Positions 55,400 through 64,000 of a stretch of 64,000 nucleotides of DNA are shown one piece after another. The DNA is from Octopus sinensis (taxonomy: Eukaryota): assembly GCF_006345805.1 (NCBI RefSeq), contig NC_043011.1:24130464-24194463 (forward strand), written 5' to 3'. A model generated the notes under the pieces. The model saw only the letters and a list, made by a program, of their open reading frames with translations, was not told the DNA's origin and did no database searches. Both the position numbers and the translations under genes were made by a program. How positions within the stretch are numbered: the stretch's first letter is position 1; the number at the start of each line of letters is the position of its first letter.

Positions 55400-56440
55400 A
55401 TGTTCTGTATAAACTGTTGCAAGTCAACACCTACATGGAAGATATAAGGAGGGGATTTCAGAGAGCTGATGTTCTGGGGATGAAGGACTGGGCATTGCAG
55501 TTAGTGAGGTGAAGGGCGGAAGTTGATTGCACCAAGGGTGATGAAAGGTGGAGAGACAAGTGGGTCAGAAATGCCCAAGTGGTGGAGGTCTGAGACCAGC
55601 CAGTTCAGGAGAGCAGAGACCATGATAATAGTGATAGAAATAAAGTGCCTATCAGCTGAGTGGTTCTTCTCTGGATGATCCAAGATATCAGTATGTGTAG
55701 CAGCAGCACCATCCCAGATAGTAGAACAGACCTCTATTGAGAGCCTCACTTGTGCCCTGTTAAGAATGAACAGCTGTTGAGGACTGAAATATCTTCTGGC
55801 TGTAGAGGAATTAGTCATGCTAAGGATATGCTTTCACTAGGAGAGATCTTCAGTGATACTGGTGCCAGGAGTTGAAGTGAGACTGACAAGGCACTAGCTG
55901 AGTTCTGCTCATCTTTAGAGGGAGTATGGTGCAGTGATGTTTTTCTGACATGATTAAGACTTGAAATGTTTAAAAGAGACAAGGCTAGTTTAACCCTAAT
56001 GGAAGATGCTCTCAAAGTATCTGACTATACAATCAATGCAGGTTTGGCATGTGGTACCTAGGCTTGTGGGTGATGCATGGTTAGGGAAGGTCAGAGAGAA
56101 ATGAAAAGGTTATATCCTTTGTTTAAGCATGGATGTTGTTAACAAGCATGTCATTGATGTACAGGAGGAAGAAAGCAAGGGACAATGCTGAATACTGGGG
56201 AACACTAGAGTCAACTAAAAGAGATCTGTCAATACTTGTCACATTGGTGTAATTTGATAGAAAGCTATCAATTTAAGAGATGACAAATAAGGAACCTGTA
56301 GGTAGGAAGTTTTGATAGAAAATTCAATTTTCAACCATATTTGCAGGCCAGACATGGCTGAAGGCTTTGCTTATGCTTGAAGTATTAACATAGCTTTCAC
56401 TGAACTTTCTTAAAACAAGAACCCACTGATGATTGGTCTC
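55400..56440 (-). mobile_element. CR1/L2-type LINE, RT C-terminal half and 3' end, degraded
   Basis: Minus-strand translation PQYSALSLAFFLLYINDM corresponds to PQGS.L.P.LFLLYINDL. ORF 55501-55818 contains RRYFSPQQLFILNRAQVRLSIEVCSTIWDG. Confidence 0.8.
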
Positions 56441-56619
56441 CAGTGGATCTATGAGGCATTTTGTTCCATCTTAGTCATCTACCTTTACACCTGATCGATC
56501 TTACCACGATACTTACTTTATTGACCTTGGAGGAGAATGCAAGGCAATGTATTGGGGGTGACATGATTGACTAAAACCATTGAGAGTGGTGTCCCAGCAT
56601 GGCTGCAGTGACAAAACCA

Positions 56620-58099
56620 ATAAAAGAGAATTCATGCAAAACAGACTTGATGTTTGTCAATGCTTTGGTTTCTAAGAAAAAACGACACGGCTTTCTTTTT
56701 TTTTTTTTTTTTGTTACAGTCCCGCACACTTTCTGCAATCATCATCCCAGCTATGCAACTGAGTTTGCCAAAGCAATCTTAGTGAATATTATTAACTATT
56801 TTCTTTATATCAAAGCATGAATTTCATCTAGGCAAGTGACAAAAGAGTGCCCAGCATTGACAAGCTCCAAGTAGGGTGAAAAGTATCAACAATTCTTGAG
56901 CAATGTCTGTAACTTTGTCTAGCTTTTTTGATTTATTATTAGTGTTGCCCAAAATGTTTTGCTAAAAATGCTGTTTCTTTTCAGATATCATCAGAAAAAG
57001 ATAATTAAAATTCATTAAAATGACAGATCCATCAAACTTTCACAGAGGTCAAATTGTTGGTGCCTGTATGGCAGGTGCTAGCGTAACAAAAAACAGCTGA
57101 AATGCTTGGTCAAGAAATACTGTCTCAAAAGTGACGAGAGCATTTGAGAAAGAGGGAAAAACCTCCTCGTCGAAACAAAACTCTGGAAGAAAACCAAACT
57201 TTCAAATAGGGACTGTTGCACTCTTATGCGAATTGTTAGAAAGGATCACAAAAGTACAGCTCCCAAAATTACTGCAGAGCTTAATGAACTCCTCAAAATC
57301 ACAGTTTCCACAAAAACTGTTCACTGAGGGCTGCACAAAGCCAGATTTCATGGGGAGGCTGCAATCAGAAAACCACTACTTTCAAGAACAAACATTGCAA
57401 AGTGTTTAGAGTGGAGTAAAAACCTGCAGAATTGGTCCCTAGAGCAGTGGAAGAGTGTTATTTTCTTGGACGATTCATCCTTTACCATATTTCCAACCAC
57501 CGGCCGAGTATATGTGTGGAGACAGCCATAAGAAGCATTTGACCCAAACTGCCTTCTTCCAACTGTTAAATATGGAGAAGGATCTGTGATGATCTGGGGG
57601 TGCTATATCTTGGAAATCTACCAGCCCAATGGTTTCCCTTCATAGCAGAATTAATAGTCAAGACTATTTAAGCATTTTGTCAGATCAAATTCATCTTATG
57701 GTTGTGGAACTGTTTCCAGAGGGAAAGACAATCTTTCAGGATGTAAATGCACCAATTGACACAGCTAAAATTGTTACTGAATGGCACGAGGAACATTCTA
57801 GTGAAGTTGAACATCTTATCTGGCCACCACACCTCCCCAGATCTCAATATTATTGAACAATTATGATGTATTTTAGAAAAACAAATAAGGAGATGATATC
57901 CTGCATCATCATCACTACAAGAACTGGAGACTGTTTTAGCTGAAGAATGGACAAAAATTCCTTTGGGAAAAATTCAAACTTTGTACAAGTCCATACCTCA
58001 TAGAATTCAAGCTGTAATTACTGCCAAAGACTGTTCTACCCAATATTAAAATAAATGTTAGAAATTTTAAGGTGTTTCCATTATTTTGTGCAACCCCTG
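56620..58099 (+). mobile_element. Tc1-like element with DD36E spacing, frameshifted; right TIR present, left TIR not found
   Basis: ATG at 57020 (MTDPSNFHRGQIVG), NSGRKP, VIFLDDSSF, KYGEGSVMIWG, FQD(V)NAP...WPPHSPDLNIIE after a 1-nt correction. Ends aaggtgtttccattattttgtgcaacccctg|TA. Left boundary approximate. Confidence 0.85.
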
Positions 58100-58386
58100 T
58101 ATATATTATATATATTTAAGCATAAGACTGAGGGATTGAGGTGTAGGAAGCAAGTTAGCTTCAAGCATTCCGTAATAAATATAAAAATCAACTTCCAGGG
58201 ACAATAGTGATTTATTGAGGTGGAAGGTTGTGGATTTGTTTTGGTATCAAAGGATGATAAGCTCAAAAAAAAGTTCTTTTTATATTCCACGGTAGGCAAC
58301 CAGGGTTACTGGGTATACAAATAAGAATAAATCAGAATGTGTGGAGAGCACAGTATGAGAGGGGTCTAGAAATGTAAGGAGAAATA

Positions 58387-61310
58387 CTGTATATACTCAG
58401 CTATAAGTTGCACTTTTTTACCCAGAAAATTTCACCTAAACTGGGGGTGTACATCCTATAAAAAAAATCTTCAGATATTTTCTAGGTACAAGCCATGTCT
58501 GAAGTTCTCACACTTGGAATAACCTAAAAACCCACATTGCTAATTCCGAAGCCGAGAAGTGCATGGAAGACGAAATTTAAATATTTCTTTATATATTTTT
58601 TTTACTTTTGTTAGTATAAAATAAACAATTAATTTTTTTAAAATGAGTTTAATGCTTACTTGTTTATGTACCATACCTGTCTTTCTTTAATTCAATGCCA
58701 TGTTATTTGTTAACATGAACAGAAAGAGGAATTTGTATGATATCACTTTCAAGCTGAAAGTGGTTGAATACGTGAAGTCGAATTCGAATTGAGCTGCAGA
58801 ACGAGAATTTGGGGGTCTCAGAAAAAATGGTCAGAGATTGGCATTTGAAAGAGGAGAAAATGAAATCCGTTGACATAAAACTGTTAAAGAAAATTAGGAT
58901 AGGAATGAGTCTCAATGAGGAGATGGAGACTATTTTGAGAGATCAGGTGACTGAACTATGCACGAATGGACTTGTCCCAAGAAACATCATTAGATTGCAG
59001 GCTCTCCAAGTGACTAAAGAACATGGTATATCTGACTTTAAAGCATCTCCTGGCTGGTGTAAATGTTTATGAAATGCCACAATCTTACACTGAGACAGAT
59101 GACTTATATTGCACAGAAATTACTCACTGACGTAGAGAGCAAAGTTGATTCCTTCCATTGGTATGTAACAGACCTACGAAAGAGCCACAAGTTTGCTTTG
59201 GAAGAAATCAGTAATATGGGCGAGACACTTTTTTTTTTTTGATATGGTTGGAACACAGATAGTTGACGTTAAAGGGAAAAACACAATGTCAGAAAAACTA
59301 CGGAGAGCAACAAGGCCCACTTCACTGCAATTTTGGCTTGTGCGGCTGATGGTACGAAACTTACCCCAGCTGTTGTTTTCAAAAGAAAGACTTTCCAAAG
59401 AGAAGTTTCTGAAGGGCATAGTGGTGTACGTTCAGGAGAAAGGGTGGGTGGATGAAGCTATATTGATGAATTGGCTAAACGGTGTGTGGTTCACATGCCC
59501 AGGGGCTATGCTTAATTCAAAGTTGATTCTTGTATGGGATATGTTCAGGGCTCATCTGATCAACAGCATAAAAAATAGATTACAGAAGCATCGTACCTAC
59601 CAAGCTGTGATTCCAGGTGCATGTACATCTGTTCTACAGCTACTCAATGTGTCAGTGAACAAGCCTTTTAAGGTGCCAAACCTTTTAAGGTGAACAAGCC
59701 GTTTAACCCTTTCGTTACTATATTTCTGACCAAAATACACCCCTTATGTGTTTCAATTAATTTCTAACATAATCATAAAGTTAGTCTGGTTTCATTAAAC
59801 AACTATAACTTTTTTATTTATCAATATATTAACGTGAATTTTGGAAGATAATTTAATGAAATGTTCTCAACCAATTCTATACTATAATTTTTGTCACAAA
59901 GTGACTCTAATTGCAGGTACATACAGGTAAATTCAACAAAATATAAAATTATTAAAATTTTGTTCAAACATCGCTATAGAAAATGGGTTATTAGCTAATA
60001 TTCAAATGAGTATACAACAAAATTTTACGATAGAATTTGTTATTCTGGGTAACTTTCTGATACCCATAATAATATTTATGGCAAAATAGTCTTAATTTCA
60101 TTTAAGGTTATGGGAAACCACTTTCTTTCGGTTTGTTTACATTTAGTGTAACGGTTCGTTTCCGCCGCAATGATTTCAAATAGGCTCATTCGAAAAAGTA
60201 AAATGAAATAGTCTAAGGCTTTACTCCCCTGGGAAAGTCTGTGGCTTGGTCCAGTTTCTTCAGAAAAATCACCGAAAGAAACAGTTTTTAAATTTTCACT
60301 CCATTCAGGTGCCAATTCATTTTCTTTATCGCTGTCGGAGCTCTCGGATTCACTGTTTTCACTTTCGGAAAATGAAACATCAGATTCATTATCAAATACC
60401 ACATGCTTTTTTTTTTTCAGTCATAGAGTTAGATTTATGAAGGTCTTCAGTAGAAAATCCTTCGAATTCTGACTCGCTGCTTGATATAATGAAATTCGTA
60501 TCCAATTTTTGTCAGAATTACAAATTTTGAAAACACAATAGGAACAAATTTCGGAAAAAAATCTCCCAAAATTCACGGAATTAAAATTACACTTCGATTT
60601 TTGTACAAAACTGTAGTTGAACTCTTTACGAAGTATAATACATGTTTTCACGAATGTACTAAAGAGATTTGCTCTGATATTCTCATTTAAATATGAATAG
60701 GTAAATTCGGCGGTTTCGGGTGGCTTGGTCACATTAACCAAAATTTTTTTCGGGCGGTTTGGTAATGAAAGGGTTAAGGTGCCAAGTGGAATGAATGGAT
60801 GCTTAATGGTGACAAGGAAATGACAAAGGCTGGAAACTTTAAACGCCCTGACCATAAGACTGTTTGCAGTGGGTGATAGATTCATGGGCTGAAATACCGA
60901 GTGAACTTGTGATGGAATCATTTTTGAAGTGCAGGATCTCAAATTCCATGGATAGTACGGAAGACAAGCTATATAATAACTTCGCCTGTGCAAGAAATGT
61001 TAGCCCCAGTGCTTCATCAGTTAATGAAAATCAGACAAGTGATGATGAGGATCAGGGTGTATACGATGAGATCATCACAACCGAGGAGTTTTACCAGTTA
61101 TTTGGCGAAACTGATGATTAAGTATAACTCGATTCTTCCTTTATTTATTCTTCTGATTTTTGTCACAAGTTTTTCTCTTCCCCCATTTACTAGAAGTTCA
61201 CAACAGTTTTTCATGTCCCGTCACTACTGAGTGAAGCCCTAACAACTATATCTGATGGTTGTTGACACCCCAAAAGTAGTATCAACCTTAGGTATCAAAA
61301 ACATGAAAAT
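58387..61310 (+). mobile_element. pogo-superfamily DD35D (Passer/POGK-like) transposon, inactivated and interrupted
   Basis: TA|ctgtatatactcagctataag left end. Brinker-type DBD from 58715 (RKRNLYDITFKLKVVEY..REFG..VRDW), HTH_Tc5-like FKASPGWC, DDE_1-like KGWVDE, and WDMFRAH-35aa-(N)VSVNKPFK. The C-terminus resumes after 60777. Right end approximate. Confidence 0.85.
59707..60773 (-). mobile_element. piggyBac internal-deletion derivative, copy 2, nested in the pogo DDE domain
   Basis: TTAA at 59703-59706 and 60774-60777. TIRs ccctttcgttac / gtaatgaaaggg. ORF 60076-60402 has the piggyBac N-core pattern YF.LLF...FEII..ETNRY...W..IT..EIK. Confidence 0.92.
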
Positions 61311-63319
61311 TTCTTAGATGGACAGCAGGTGAAAGGAAATCTTTTTTTCTTGCGTTCCATTTGTCAAGTATTATATGCGACTAATTATATATATGATAAG
61401 AGAGGAGGCGAGAGAGAAAGGTAAATAGTGTGTGTGTGTGGATAGATAGATAGATAGATACAGTGAGAAAGAGGAGGACAGAGTGGAAGAGAAATGTATA
61501 GAGAGGACTAGTTAGAAAGATTGAACAAATCAAAGAGAAAGAAATGTCAAAGAAGTGAGAAATGTTAAAAGGTGAAGGAGAAATTTTCTTTCAGAATATT
61601 CAGAGATCTTGTCAATTCAATATTAACAATGTTTACATTGCCTGCATAAATATGTATTTATCAGAGCTGGGAATATCACCCACCCATTTCTAAATGGTTT
61701 CAAATGGAAAACAGTATGCCAATGTTGAGGGAGGGGTGCCTTAGGATGAAATAATTGAAGAAACAAGTGAGCCAGCAAATACTTTTTAAATTAAGAATAT
61801 CTAAAAGAACAATATCCCAAATGTAAATTCCTGGGTGTGTCCATGCAATAAAAGTGACAATTAAGCTGGCAGTGCGCCATTATAAAAATTTGGTTTGCCA
61901 ATTGAATGCAGGAAAAAACAATGTAAAGAGAGCAAAAGCCAGTACAATGAGGGGGAAAAATGATTTTGCGCTGATCACATTGACTGCAATAAATGATTTT
62001 ACAGAACTTAACAAGCTTTGGTGGAAATGGGTGTTTCTTTCTTGAACAAACTGAGATTCTGCTGAGATCTTATCACTAATACAATGAAAGTGTGTATTAA
62101 CACACACTGTGAAAACTGTATTTCAGGACTGAAAATATAAATCTGTAATGCATGGTGTGCACAGCACACAAATAAGTTTCATATAACATGTAAAAATTAA
62201 CCCTTATACAACTTCTAACACTACTTTTTTGTTAAAATGCTGATGTCTTTAAGAATGTGATTATTGAGATTGATTGATTTATGAACAAAATTTTGAATAA
62301 AGCCCTTTTTTTTTATTGCATCATAGTTCTATACTAAATACAGTGTAAAAACATCAGTAGGCTTTGTCCAAAAAAAGCTACTGTATTACATAATATATTT
62401 CAGTTTTTAAAATATATGACCTAAATAGATGTATTTTACACATCAAGGAAGTTTTTTTGATGATGCATTTTAAAATTCATAATTGCCAAAGATGCAAAGT
62501 AACTAGTATATAATCTGTTATTTAATGAAAAAAGTAGTTTTGTTCTTTTCTTGCAAAATTAAAAACCGTTGCATACTTCAAATGTCCAGAAGGTAAGAAA
62601 TTTAACTTTTTGATACCCAACTACCTAAGATTGTCCTAGTTCTATAATACAGACTTCTTGTTTTCAAGTGATCAAAATTAAGCCTTTCCTAAAAATTTCT
62701 TATATTCTAAAGCCAAGCTTAATGACAAAGATATTTCACTAAATCTTTATTATTTTCAAAATAAACTCAAAGGTGGTGCTCCAGCATGGCTGCAGTCAAC
62801 TGACTGAAACAAGTAAAAAAAAGGTGGGACAGTGTATTTCAACAGAAATACAGTTACATAAATGTTTACTAGAAATGTTGATAATGTTGTATATGCATTG
62901 AAGAATAGTATGAAAGAGATATAAAGTAAAATAGGTTTACAGATACATTTACAGATATAAATTTTATATGAACTGTTAATTTAACACATGTCACAATATA
63001 TGAAAAAACAAAAAACAATTCAGTGAAATATCTATCTTCAAAAAACCATTAAAGCATATACTAACATTATTGAGTATTTAACATAAAAATTTGTTAAAAA
63101 TCAACCTATTTTTTTCTGACTACTAAAATAAGTGATTACAATCAACAACCATTTACACTTTTTATAATTACTTCAGTTATCACAATATGAAAATAGTTGA
63201 TAAAGAATAAATTCAAGAAAAAGAAAACATAAATAAGGGCAAGAATATGACAAATACTTATGAGTTATACAGAAAAAGAATTATGCAATAATTGTCAATA
63301 TCTTTTAATATTTTAGTAG

Positions 63320-63421
63320 GAGGAAAGTCAGCAAGCATGACACTGTATGGTCTTCAACGTTGCTGGAGGAAAGAATGGAAAACTTACAACACCTAGGTTA
63401 TCCTAAGGTCCTATGTACCAG
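63320..63421 (+). CDS. Candidate 102-nt internal exon of unknown gene (unverified)
   Basis: Acceptor ttttaatattttagtag|, donor cag|gtgagt. One open frame, RKVSKHDTVWSSTLLEERMENLQHLGYPKVLCT, symmetric phase 2. No recognised homology; could be a repeat. Confidence 0.2.
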
Positions 63422-64000
63422 GTGAGTAGGACCTGTCCTAAATACTTGAAACAGGCACCCAAGAAACAAGTTATGATGTGAAACCAAGAAATGCAATAAG
63501 TCTACTATTCAAGAATAGGTACACTTCATCCAATGGACTTCAACGTAATTTTCTCTAAGTTCACTTTTAAGATTTAGGCCAACTCAAGGCTATGGCAGAG
63601 ACACTTCTTCAAAGTATCACAGTAGGCTCAAAACAGTGAAATAAATAACTGCAAAGCTAACTTCACCATATTTATATTTTCATATAGTTACTGAAATTTC
63701 TTGTTCTGCAATGATCTACAAATGCTTAAAAATGATAAATCAACAAATTTGTTCTTCCATGTACATGAGCAACAAAAATAATGAACTTAATGGATAATTT
63801 AATTCAGTATGTGGCGAATGTCCTTTTATAATTAAATTATACATTAAGCTTGTTTCCCAACACATTTCAATATTTATTATGAACATTCTTTATATATGAA
63901 GCTAGTTGCTACAGTGCCAGTAAATAATAGCAATATGTTACATTTCTACTGATGATGATTAGTAAGTCAGAAACACTGACTTTTCTTCTTTGTATACTTA

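Noticed and set aside
60421-60993. 190-aa minus-strand ORF (and the similar 15701-16036)
   Set aside because: It runs across the piggyBac terminus into antisense pogo sequence in a non-transposase frame; chance read-through.
61854-62107. Overlapping ORFs in a moderately complex segment
   Set aside because: No recognisable domain or convincing splice-site pair. It might be a conserved non-coding element, but that cannot be judged without alignments.

Overview
AT-rich, repeat-dense eukaryotic DNA with no intact protein-coding gene, rRNA, functional tRNA or CRISPR array that I can support. The repeat vocabulary (tRNA-derived SINEs, RTE LINE tails ending in (GAT)n, long (AT)n/(ATAC)n microsatellites) resembles octopus/coleoid cephalopod genomes. 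That attribution is from pattern memory and is unverified. Most ORFs in the supplied track are microsatellite artefacts or transposon relics. Identifiable elements: RTE-clade and CR1/L2-type LINE fragments, three SINE families, a DD34D mariner relic, a Tc1-like element with DD36E spacing, and a DD35D pogo (Passer/POGK-like) element interrupted by a piggyBac deletion derivative that has a second copy 44.7 kb away. There is also a possible Helentron-associated element and several near-perfect fold-back hairpins. The most unusual non-TE signal is a very strong minus-strand polypyrimidine-CAG|GTGAGT junction at 52638/52639. It opens a 33-nt exon closed in all three frames, which is the recursive-splicing (RS-exon) signature. 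Together with a few candidate micro-exons, this suggests the window may lie in long introns of an unidentified minus-strand gene (inference). I found no clearly new multi-gene system. Degraded-repeat boundaries are approximate.
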